From the NCBI GenBank assembly GCA_034660175.1, contig JAYEIQ010000016.1, positions 2,373 to 66,372 on the forward strand: a stretch of 64,000 nucleotides of DNA, in the 5' to 3' direction. Each line of letters begins with the position of its first letter. Position 1 is the stretch's first letter. The notes below the pieces were generated by a model. It worked only from the letters and a program-made list of their open reading frames with translations. It did no database searches and had not been told where the DNA came from. Both the position numbers and the translations under genes were made by a program. Below are positions 49,680-58,621 of this stretch, piece after piece. The stretch comes from Patescibacteria group bacterium. Lineage in GTDB: Bacteria > Patescibacteriota > Minisyncoccia > Moranbacterales > DUUL01.

Positions 49680-49703
49680 AAATCCCGAGTGATCGGGATT
49701 TTT
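49678..49703. terminator. Bidirectional terminator
   Basis: AAAAATCCCGA-GTGA-TCGGGATTTTT. Confidence 0.75.
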
Positions 49704-49720
49704 TAATCAAAGATGAGAAA

Positions 49721-50089
49721 TTATATGTTGGGAGTCATAGTGATTTGGAACATTGCAAGATTCATCATCCCCCCCAAAAAAAAGAGTAATCTGGAAATTG
49801 CAGAAAGAATTAAAATATTATAGATGGTAATTGATTTATTAAAAATTTTGTTTATCAAACCAAATAATGTGCTAGCAAAAGTGAGAATGAAGAAAGAGGA
49901 AAAGGCTGTGTAGTAGACAAAAAATATCCTGCAAAGGAAAAATGTCCCGAAAGCTGATTGTGAGAATGCTTGAAACACAAAAAAGGGAGAAGTAATAGTC
50001 AGAGGTGAGGTAATCATTAAAGCCAAAAGACTAAGAAAAGAGAGGCCGAATCATATAGGTGTCTTTTTTGTTTTCTGAATAAAATTCAT
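49721..50089 (-). pseudogene. Hydrophobic membrane protein interrupted by an in-frame TGA at codon 13
   Basis: ATG 50089 is in frame with ORF 49721..50026: MNFIQKTKKTPI*FGLSFLSLLALMIT... Confidence 0.5.
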
Positions 50090-50160
50090 ATGGTTTTGAT
50101 TATTTTTCCTGAATAAACTATAGTTATTATAACAAACATTATTATTTTAGGCACAAAGAG

Positions 50161-51471
50161 ATGACAATCGAAGATATTAAAAACAAGATTCCCCAGTCAG
50201 TGAAAAACGGATATCATTTGGTCAATGCAATGTTGGCAAATTTTTGGTTTGGTTTTCCTTCTAGGAAATTGAAAGTTATAGGTGTGACAGGGACAAATGG
50301 GAAAACAACAACTGTTCAGATGATTGGGAGAATTCTTGAGGAAGCTGGTTATAAAGTCGCTATTAGTTCAACGATTAATTTCAAACTTGGGAAAAAACAA
50401 TGGGCCAATAAAACGAAATTAACAACGCTCAGTGCGTGGAGTGTGCAAAATTTCATCAGCGATGCAGTGAATGCAGGTTGTGAGTATCTTGTGCTTGAAG
50501 TTTCTTCTCATTCTTTGGATCAAAACAGGGTCAGAGACATTGAGTTTGATGTTGCAGTGATTACAAATGTGACTCGTGAACATTTGGATTATCATGAAAC
50601 AATGGAGAAATATCGAGCAGCAAAGATGAAACTTTTTAGGATGTTTAAAGATGGTAGTGGTGTTGCAATTGTAAATTTAGGAATGGAGAAGCCCCATGAA
50701 TTTTTACAGATAGCAAAAAAGGCAGAAAAAAATGTATATTCATTAGAAGAGATAAAAGAGAATGATAACAAAGATCTTAAAGCCGTTTATGCCGAAGGTA
50801 TTCTTTTGGGCCAGAAGAAAAGTAGCTTTTCGGTTAGAGGAACATATTTCACAATAGGACTTGTTGGTGAATTCAATGTTGAAAATGCTCTGGCTGCAAT
50901 TTCTGTTGGATTATCTCAAGGGATAGATCTTGAGATAATGGCACTGGGTTTAGGGAAAATGAAAAAAGTTCCAGGAAGAATGGACTATGTTGAGAATGAA
51001 AGAGGAATTGATATTGTCATTGACTATGCTCTTACTCCAGATTCAATGGAGAAGTTGGGACAAGTTTTTGAAAAGCAAAAAGCAAACTCAGAAGGTGGTA
51101 AGTTGATTTGGGTCTTTGGCAGTTGCGGACAGCGTGATCGAGGGAAAAGACCGATCATGGGCAAAATTGTTGCCAAATTTGCTGATATTGCAATTGTGAC
51201 AAATGAAGATCCTTACAATGAGGATCCTCAGCGCATAATTGACGAAGTTTTTGTTGGTGTCTTGGATGGAGGTGCGGTAGAGAATGAGAATGCTTTTAGG
51301 ATTTTCAATCGGAAAGAAGCAATAAAAAAAGCGCTTGAAAGCGCACAGATTGGGGATGTTGTTTTGGTCACAGGCAAAGGGGCTGAAGAGACAATGGCAG
51401 TTGGACAACAAAGACTACCATGGAGCGATAGAGAGGTGATTAAAAATCTTTTATCGGTGCCGAAGAAATAG
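50161..51471 (+). CDS. murE: UDP-N-acetylmuramyl-tripeptide synthetase
   Basis: GVTGTNGKTT, EVSSHSL.Q.R, EHLDYH, VPGRM, DYA, GKGAE. Confidence 0.93.
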   Translation: MTIEDIKNKIPQSVKNGYHLVNAMLANFWFGFPSRKLKVIGVTGTNGKTTTVQMIGRILEEAGYKVAISSTINFKLGKKQWANKTKLTTLSAWSVQNFISDAVNAGCEYLVLEVSSHSLDQNRVRDIEFDVAVITNVTREHLDYHETMEKYRAAKMKLFRMFKDGSGVAIVNLGMEKPHEFLQIAKKAEKNVYSLEEIKENDNKDLKAVYAEGILLGQKKSSFSVRGTYFTIGLVGEFNVENALAAISVGLSQGIDLEIMALGLGKMKKVPGRMDYVENERGIDIVIDYALTPDSMEKLGQVFEKQKANSEGGKLIWVFGSCGQRDRGKRPIMGKIVAKFADIAIVTNEDPYNEDPQRIIDEVFVGVLDGGAVENENAFRIFNRKEAIKKALESAQIGDVVLVTGKGAEETMAVGQQRLPWSDREVIKNLLSVPKK

Positions 51472-51476
51472 AAGAA

Positions 51477-51923
51477 TCAAAATACCCAAAAAGTTTTTAA
51501 CAAATAGATAAAAAGCATTGTTTGAGCAGCTCCATAGGTGATACCTACAATAACTTCGCTTAAGCGATGACCCATGCGTTCTTTGAGGCGAGGGTATTTC
51601 TTTTTGTTTAGATTGAGGGTTTCTATTAACATGTTCAAATATCTTCCTTGATCTCCAAGGTGCATTCTGACTCGAAGGGCATCATCTAAAATGATCAGGG
51701 CGAACACAACAGAAAAAGAAAAAATTGCAGTGTGTATGCCTTCTGTATAGCCAACAATGATTACAAGAGAAGTTACCAATGCGCTGTGCATTGATGGCAT
51801 GTGACCGTGTGTTAGAAAATAGCTCCAATTCAATCCATGACGGATTGTGTAGATGATAACTTTTGTTATCTGAGTGATGATTCCTACAAAGAGTGGAATC
51901 AGGACAATTGCTACGTTTTGCAT
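51477..51923 (-). CDS. Divergent PAP2 family protein (DUF212)
   Basis: GHMPSMHSA, DA..VR...G.Q, GHRLSEV. Confidence 0.88.
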   Translation of the reverse strand: MQNVAIVLIPLFVGIITQITKVIIYTIRHGLNWSYFLTHGHMPSMHSALVTSLVIIVGYTEGIHTAIFSFSVVFALIILDDALRVRMHLGDQGRYLNMLIETLNLNKKKYPRLKERMGHRLSEVIVGITYGAAQTMLFIYLLKTFWVF

Positions 51924-52180
51924 TTTATTGTTTTGTGGATAAAGTTTTCACTACAGAACACGTTTATCCTATATTTATTGCTTTTATAATTATAAAACAT
52001 TTTTATTTTTACTTCAACTTGAGTGTTGTTGTTATTAGTGCTAAAATACGGTACTGTAGAACTGAAAGATGTCTAAATTTTGGTTTGAAAACATTCGAAA
52101 ACGATAAAATGAATACATTGAAGTATTTGCGCTGTGTGTTTTGTAAAAATTTTAATATAAATTAAATAAAGAAACTGAAC

Positions 52181-54862
52181 ATGAAGGTTCCATTTAAAAG
52201 AGCTCAGAGCGGAAAACAGAACGTTTCTCGACCTGCTCAACCTGGAGGGGGATTGCAATATGCGATGGGAATGAAACAACCTGCTTCATCTCAAAGAGCA
52301 GGGGTTCAAAGCCCGCAACAAAAAATACAAACTGGAGGAGAAGACACTTTAACAAGTAAGATTATTGACACTATTGTTCGTGTGTCGATCTATATCACTG
52401 TCTTTTTACTCCCATTGTTCTTTTTGACCAATGTTCCAAGCGTCTTGGAGCTCAACAAACAAGTTTTGTTGGTAGTTGTGACTGGTTTTGGGTTTTTAGC
52501 TTGGGTTGGAAAAATGGCATGGAAGAATGAGATTCGTTTCAAGAAAAATTTTATCCTTGTTCCTATTGTGACTTTTGTTGCTATTATGGGACTGAGCACT
52601 GTTTTCTCGACCTATTTCGAACAAAGCATGTGGGGATTCTTTGGTGGTGAAGGAAGGTCATTTATCACGTTGCTTTTCATGGTGGCTTTGTTTTTGTTGA
52701 TTTTCAATACAGTAAAAAACAGAGGAGAAGCGGTCAAGATGGTTTTGGTGTTCTTGATTGGTGGATTTCTTTTGGGGCTCTATGGTTTGCTTCAAATTTG
52801 GGAAGTATATCTTTTGCCGTCCGAAGTTGCCGAAAATCCATTTTTCAACACAATTGGCTCAGTTTATATCTTTAATGCATATGTTGCAGCGCTTTTCTTG
52901 CTCACATTGGCACTGTTCTTATCTGATGTATCAAAGGTGTTGAAGATTGTCTTGATTGCACTGTCATTCTTTTTCTTTTTCATCATGATGGTGATCAACT
53001 TCAAAATTGTTTGGATTGCAACAATCATTTGTATTGCACTTCTTTTTGGTGTGACGATTATGAAGGGTGGAACGACTGGTAGTCAGTCCAGAGTCTTGCC
53101 GATGATATTTCTTGTACTTGCACTTTTGATGATTCTTCGAAAGCAGCCAATAATTCAGAAAGATCTTCCAGTGGAAGTGCTTTTGAACTATAGATCTTCA
53201 ACAAAAATCGCTCTTGATTCTTTTAAGAAACATCCGTTACTTGGAAGTGGTCCAACTACATATTCAACTGTCTATCAGCAGGCGCGACCAGAAAATCTTG
53301 GAGATTTTTGGGCTGTGAACTTCAACAATGGGACTAGTTATTTCTTAACACTTACATCAACTGTTGGATTGTTGGGAGCACTGTCATTTTTGTTCTTGGT
53401 TGGAACAGGCTTGGTATATTTGTTTAAAACCATGGTAAAGGCGGTTTCAACTGAAGTGAAAGGAGATAAGAACTATATCGCAATTGGTATTGGCACAGTT
53501 TGGTTGTTTACAACAATCATACTCTTCGGATATTTAGCAAATATATCTTTGTTGCTTTTGTGGTGGTTCAGCTTTGCTCTTTTCTTGTCATTCACACTTC
53601 TTGACCCAACAGTGAAAACAAAAGAGTTTGTCACAACCTCTGCAACTCCACGGTCATCGCTGGTGTTCTCATTTGTTTTTGTGCTAGTGATTATTGGATT
53701 TGTTGCGGCAATCTATATGCAAAGCCAGAAATATATTGCTGCTACACATTTCAACAAAGCTCTTGTTGCTGATTCGCAAGGAGCGGAAGTTGAAGATGTT
53801 GCAGAGAGAATTCAAAAGGCTATTCAATTCGATCCTAATAGGGACATCTACTATCGTAATCTTTCAATTGCAATGTTTGCCTTGGCGAATGAACGTATCG
53901 CAGAAAAGACGCAAGACGATTTGACCCCAGAAGATTCAAATTATATCAGTGGTATGATACGTGGAGCTCTTGGAGCTGCTGATCAAGCTAGAACACTTGA
54001 TCCAAACAATCCAGAGAATCACTTGTCAGTTGCTAGAATCTATGAAGGAATGTTGGCGACGATGGAAGGTGCTGAAGAAAGAGTTATTGAAAGCTATGAC
54101 GAAGCAATTGAGCTAGACTCAACGAACCCAGCGTTATATCATAGACTTGCAAGTGTATATGTTGCACTTTCTGACCTGGAAGTTTCTAAAGTTAGGGCAC
54201 AAAACCCAGCTGGAACAAGCGAAGAACTTCCAGAAGAAAGTTTGAAATATCTTGCAATGGCAAAAGACAATCTGGAAAAATCTCTAGAAATAAAGCCAGA
54301 CTTTGCTGCAGCAAATCTGTTGTTGGCTGGTGTCTACGAGAGGGAGGGGAATATGGAGATGGCAATTAAAAAGGAAAAGAACAATAAGACTGTTTTTCCT
54401 GCAGCGCCAGGTATTGCATTCAGGTTGGGGTTGCTTTATTACAAGGATGAGCAATTTGATAATGCGAAACAAGAATTTGAGGCAGCTGTGAGCTTGGACA
54501 AGGATTATGCAAATGCTTTATATTTTCTCGGTCTTGTTCTTGATAAGCAGGGAGACAAAACAGGAGCTCTTAAAAGCTTTGAGAGGGTTTCTGAGCTCAA
54601 CCCAACGAACGATGACGTTAAAGAAATTGTTCAAAATCTTCGAAATGGACAAGACGCTCTTGCTGGAATTGAACAAGTTCGACCAACTGCTTCACCAGTT
54701 CCAGAACAGTCTCCAACACAACCTGCCGAGCAACAGACAAGTATCGATCCTGGTGTGGAAAATCAAGAAATTCCTGAAGAAGCAACTCCTTCAATTGAAG
54801 AGATTGATGGGGAACTTCCACCAGAAGAAGAAGCTCCACCAGGAGAAGGGCCAACGCCATAA
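52181..54862 (+). CDS. Polytopic membrane protein (O-antigen ligase-like) with C-terminal TPR repeats
   Basis: About 12 TMs, HPLLGSGP motif, TPR units (YANALYFLG), Pro/Glu-rich tail. Confidence 0.8.
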   Translation: MKVPFKRAQSGKQNVSRPAQPGGGLQYAMGMKQPASSQRAGVQSPQQKIQTGGEDTLTSKIIDTIVRVSIYITVFLLPLFFLTNVPSVLELNKQVLLVVVTGFGFLAWVGKMAWKNEIRFKKNFILVPIVTFVAIMGLSTVFSTYFEQSMWGFFGGEGRSFITLLFMVALFLLIFNTVKNRGEAVKMVLVFLIGGFLLGLYGLLQIWEVYLLPSEVAENPFFNTIGSVYIFNAYVAALFLLTLALFLSDVSKVLKIVLIALSFFFFFIMMVINFKIVWIATIICIALLFGVTIMKGGTTGSQSRVLPMIFLVLALLMILRKQPIIQKDLPVEVLLNYRSSTKIALDSFKKHPLLGSGPTTYSTVYQQARPENLGDFWAVNFNNGTSYFLTLTSTVGLLGALSFLFLVGTGLVYLFKTMVKAVSTEVKGDKNYIAIGIGTVWLFTTIILFGYLANISLLLLWWFSFALFLSFTLLDPTVKTKEFVTTSATPRSSLVFSFVFVLVIIGFVAAIYMQSQKYIAATHFNKALVADSQGAEVEDVAERIQKAIQFDPNRDIYYRNLSIAMFALANERIAEKTQDDLTPEDSNYISGMIRGALGAADQARTLDPNNPENHLSVARIYEGMLATMEGAEERVIESYDEAIELDSTNPALYHRLASVYVALSDLEVSKVRAQNPAGTSEELPEESLKYLAMAKDNLEKSLEIKPDFAAANLLLAGVYEREGNMEMAIKKEKNNKTVFPAAPGIAFRLGLLYYKDEQFDNAKQEFEAAVSLDKDYANALYFLGLVLDKQGDKTGALKSFERVSELNPTNDDVKEIVQNLRNGQDALAGIEQVRPTASPVPEQSPTQPAEQQTSIDPGVENQEIPEEATPSIEEIDGELPPEEEAPPGEGPTP

Positions 54863-54885
54863 TTCAAGCGAGAAGAATTTGAATA

Positions 54886-54917
54886 AAAAAAGTGTACACC
54901 CAGGTGTACACTTTTTT
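54886..54917. terminator. Bidirectional terminator
   Basis: AAAAAAGTGTACACC-CA-GGTGTACACTTTTTT. Confidence 0.75.
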
Positions 54918-55116
54918 GTTTTCATGTTGATTCAGATTTTTGCTAAATCAATTCTTGTCGCAGAAAATATTTTAGGAACCGGTTACTTTTTTATTTTTAA
55001 GAGTGTGATAAATTAGTTTGAGATCTTTTGTTGCAGATATTTATTTGTTGCTTTGTCCTTTTCCCTAAAATATTTTTTCGCCGAGAATCGATTAAGCTTG
55101 TTGTGGTTGATATAAA

Positions 55117-56181
55117 TTACAAAAGCTTGCGTAAAATATTTTCTCTTCTTTTTTTCTCATTACAAGGGATTGGATTGCCAAGGCGCTCCGCTGCGGTTCC
55201 TGGGCGTGGGGAGTATTTATTAATGTATGCTTTGCAAAAGCCGACTTCTTTAAAAACGTTTTTTGTTTCTTGAAAGGCTTTCAATGTTTCTCCAGGGAAT
55301 CCAACAATTACATCGGTGGAAATTTCGGCATCAGGAATACGAGTTTTTATTTTATCTATTATTCCCAGATAGTGTTTTTGTGTGTAGTGTCTGTTCATTG
55401 CCTTGAGAATTTTGTTTGATCCAGATTGAATGGGGAGGTGGATCTTTCTTGAGATATTCTTTCTGCTAGCAATCACTTCGATGAGCTCATCAGAAAAATC
55501 TTTTGGATGTGAAGTGAGAAAAGTAAACATAACAGTCGGATAGAGCTCTGCCAAAAGATCGAGAAGTAGAGGGAATGAATAGTTTTTAAATTTGTAACTG
55601 TTCACATTCTGTCCAAGAAGTAAAACTTCACTACATCCTTCTTGGGAGGTTTTTCCTATTTCTTCAATGATGTCATCAATAGGTCTTGACCATTCTTGTC
55701 CTCGTGCATAAGGCACAACACAATAGGAGCAAAAGTTGTTGCATCCGGTCATGACTGGAACAAACACAGAACTTTTCTTTTTATATTGTGGTTTCAGTTT
55801 TAGATAATGAGCTTGTTTTGTTCCTTCTTTGTCTGTAGAAGACTGATCCTTGGTGAAAAGATCTTTGAAAAGATCTTGAATTTTATTTATTGGTAAAAAG
55901 ACATCAACTTTGTCTTTCATCTTTTTCTTAACATCTTTTCTGTGAGCTAGACACCCAGTGATGACAATGAGAACTTGTGGATTATTTTTGCGAAGGTTGT
56001 GAACTTGTCCAAAAGCTCTGTCTTCTGCTGTTTGGCGTACTCCACAAGTGTTCAGAATGACCAAATCTGCAGTTTTAATTGTTTTTGCTTGAGCTAATTT
56101 ATTTTGATGTAGAAAGGTCTGAATTCTTTCGCTGTCTGAAAAGTTCATCTGACAGCCGAATGTTTTGATGAAATATTTCAT
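55117..56181 (-). CDS. miaB: tRNA methylthiotransferase MiaB (radical SAM), lacking a TRAM domain
   Basis: TFGCQMN, NTCGVR, GCNNFCSYC, TSHP, YSPRPGT. Confidence 0.9.
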   Translation of the reverse strand: MKYFIKTFGCQMNFSDSERIQTFLHQNKLAQAKTIKTADLVILNTCGVRQTAEDRAFGQVHNLRKNNPQVLIVITGCLAHRKDVKKKMKDKVDVFLPINKIQDLFKDLFTKDQSSTDKEGTKQAHYLKLKPQYKKKSSVFVPVMTGCNNFCSYCVVPYARGQEWSRPIDDIIEEIGKTSQEGCSEVLLLGQNVNSYKFKNYSFPLLLDLLAELYPTVMFTFLTSHPKDFSDELIEVIASRKNISRKIHLPIQSGSNKILKAMNRHYTQKHYLGIIDKIKTRIPDAEISTDVIVGFPGETLKAFQETKNVFKEVGFCKAYINKYSPRPGTAAERLGNPIPCNEKKRRENILRKLL

Positions 56182-56318
56182 TGAATATAGGTTATTATTG
56201 ACTGAGGGAGTGAATTGTGTAATAATTGGTTTTGTGTGAAAACAATACAGTTCTTAGGTTAACAGAGAAGGATAAGCTTTACAACATTCAATCATGGAAC
56301 AGAGGGGGGGGTATACTT

Positions 56319-56456
56319 ATGGATAATCCAATTTTAGGAACGTTTATCATTATTTTGGTTTTCACATTATTGAACACATTCTTAGTATGTTGCATCAAAG
56401 AAGTCGCGAAAGTATTTTCTCTGGGTAATTACAAAAAGACAGATGAAAACTTCTAG
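56319..56456 (+). CDS. Small single-TM protein (45 aa)
   Basis: G-rich SD (AGAGGGGGGGG) 7 nt before ATG; one TM helix and a charged tail. Confidence 0.5.
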   Translation: MDNPILGTFIIILVFTLLNTFLVCCIKEVAKVFSLGNYKKTDENF

Positions 56457-56478
56457 AAGTGAAGTAAAGTCGACAAAC

Positions 56479-56509
56479 AAGGGAGACCGCTCAACGAGTG
56501 GTCTCCCTT
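56479..56509. terminator. Terminator at thrS 3' end
   Basis: AAGGGAGACCGCTC-AAC-GAGTGGTCTCCCTT. Confidence 0.75.
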
Positions 56510-56531
56510 AAAAAATGTCTCGAGAGAAATT

Positions 56532-58295
56532 CTATTTTTTTTGTTCAATTTCTTTGATTGTTTTTCGAACAAATTCCTGTGTTTTCATTGAGTCTTGTTT
56601 TTTTGTATCTCTCTTGCGCACAGCAACGGTTCCTTTTTTTTCTTCTTTTTCTCCAACTACCAAAATGTATGGTACCTTGGTTTTGGTCGTCTCAGCAATT
56701 TTTTTGCCCAAAGACTCATCGGAATCATTCATTTCAACTCGGAGCTCACTTTCCTTGAGTTTGGATTCAACTTTTCTGGCGTACTTTTTAAATTTTTCAG
56801 ATACAGGCAGAATTGTTACTTGAACTGGTGCGAACCAAAGAGGAAACTTCCCAGCATAGAACTCGATCAAAAAGGCAAAGAACCTTTCGAATGAACCAAT
56901 CAGTGCACGGTGGATAACAAAAGGTCTGGTCTTGTTTCCATCTTTGTCGATATAGTTGAGATCGAACCGTTCTGGTAGGTTGAAGTCAACTTGCACAGTT
57001 GAAATAGCATCTTCTTTGCCATAAACATTCACGGCCATGACATCAAGCTTAGGACCATAAAAAGCAGCCTCTCCTTCTTCTTCGTAAAATTCTTCACCAT
57101 TTTCCTTCAGCACTTCTCTTAAAGTCTCTTCTGCTTTAATCCAATCTTCTCGCTTGCCAACATATTTGCTTGAATCTTTGTCTGAAAGTGAAAGTTGGTA
57201 ACGGTATTTTGTGAATCCAATATCTTGATAAAACTTCTTAAGCATTTCAACGACCTCTAAAAATTGATCTTTGAGTTGATCTTCAGTACAGAAAATGTGA
57301 GCGTCATTTTGGGTGAAACCACGCACTCTTTGAAGACCATGAAGTTCACCAGATTTTTCATATCGATAGACAGTGCCAAATTCTCCTTGTTTGTATGGCA
57401 ACTCTCGATAACTTCTTGGTTTCATTTTGTATACCATCATTCCTGCAGGACAGTTCATTGGTTTGAGATAGAAAGTCTCATTGTCGATTTCCAGTGGGGC
57501 ATACATGTCTTTGTCATAAAATCCCAGATGCCCTGATGTTTTGAACAGATCCATTTTGCTGATGTGAGGCGTGAGGATGTGTACATAGCCATAATTTCTT
57601 TCCATTTTTATCATATAATCTTCCAGGACTTTGCGTATAGTGTAGCCGTTCGGAAGCCAAACAGGCAAGCCCTGACCAATCTCAGGAAAATTTGCAAATA
57701 ATTCCATTTCTTTCCCAATTTTTCTGTGGTTTCTTTCTTCTGCTTCATCCATCATTTGTAAATGTGCCTTTAGTTTCTTCTTGTTTTCAAAAACAACACC
57801 ATAAATTCTTTGCAGTTGTTGGCGATTCTCGTCACCTTTCCAATATGCTCCAGATATTCTAGTCAACTTGAAAGCAGTAGCATCAATTTCTCCGGTTGAT
57901 TCCAAATGTGGACCACTGCACAGATCAATAAAAGATTTAGATTTGTATATCATCACCTCTTTTTCTCCTTTTTTGACAAGATCCTCAATCAATTCGACTT
58001 TGTATGGTTGTTTTGCTTTCTTGAAATGCTTGATTGCCTCATCTATTTGCATCATCTTTTTTTCGAATGGATGATTGTCAGCGATGATCTTTTTCATTTC
58101 GTTTTCCAAAAGGGGCAAGTCTTCTGGGATCAAGGTGCGAGGAAGTTCGAAGTCATAATAGAATCCATTTTCAATCGCTGGACCAATTGCAAATTTGACC
58201 TCTGGAAACATCTTGAGAACAGCGGTAGCCAACACATGAGATGTGCTGTGGCGAATAATTTCAAGTCTCTGGTCGTTTGTTAGCTTGGTTGTCAT
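56532..58295 (-). CDS. thrS: Threonine--tRNA ligase (no TGS domain)
   Basis: RHSTSH, DLCSGPH, KPMNCP, RVRGFTQNDAH, IHRA..GS.ERF. Confidence 0.98.
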   Translation of the reverse strand: MTTKLTNDQRLEIIRHSTSHVLATAVLKMFPEVKFAIGPAIENGFYYDFELPRTLIPEDLPLLENEMKKIIADNHPFEKKMMQIDEAIKHFKKAKQPYKVELIEDLVKKGEKEVMIYKSKSFIDLCSGPHLESTGEIDATAFKLTRISGAYWKGDENRQQLQRIYGVVFENKKKLKAHLQMMDEAEERNHRKIGKEMELFANFPEIGQGLPVWLPNGYTIRKVLEDYMIKMERNYGYVHILTPHISKMDLFKTSGHLGFYDKDMYAPLEIDNETFYLKPMNCPAGMMVYKMKPRSYRELPYKQGEFGTVYRYEKSGELHGLQRVRGFTQNDAHIFCTEDQLKDQFLEVVEMLKKFYQDIGFTKYRYQLSLSDKDSSKYVGKREDWIKAEETLREVLKENGEEFYEEEGEAAFYGPKLDVMAVNVYGKEDAISTVQVDFNLPERFDLNYIDKDGNKTRPFVIHRALIGSFERFFAFLIEFYAGKFPLWFAPVQVTILPVSEKFKKYARKVESKLKESELRVEMNDSDESLGKKIAETTKTKVPYILVVGEKEEKKGTVAVRKRDTKKQDSMKTQEFVRKTIKEIEQKK

Positions 58296-58329
58296 GAGTT
58301 TATGCTAATAATTATTTTGCATATGAATG

Positions 58330-58585
58330 AAAAACCTCATCTCAAAACATATCATCCAAAAATTCTTATTTTGGAGTTTTGATACATTCTGAGACGAGGT
58401 TTTAAGTAGTAAGGTCAATAGATCTTACTGTGGTGTGTACTTACGAACGTACTTACGTATCTCGTGGTTCCACTCAGATTTCCTGAACAATTCAGGACTC
58501 TTGTTCAATTGTTCTTTGATTTAGGCGATTTTGCTCTCGGTGAGAATGCGTTTGGTGGACGCATCAATCATCAAAGAGGGACTAA
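58330..58585 (-). promoter_or_regulatory. T-box riboswitch (transcriptional) upstream of thrS
   Basis: AATCTGAGTGGAACCACGAG T-box (58480-58461) pairs with CTCGTCTCAG; overlapping terminator 58403-58330 with U-tract; stem III 58481-58497. Confidence 0.88.
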
Positions 58586-58589
58586 TCCT

Positions 58590-58617
58590 ATTCTAGATTT
58601 AAAATACAATTTGTCAA
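58590..58617 (-). promoter_or_regulatory. thrS promoter
   Basis: TTGACA-N16-TAGAAT. Confidence 0.75.
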
Positions 58618-58621
58618 ATCA

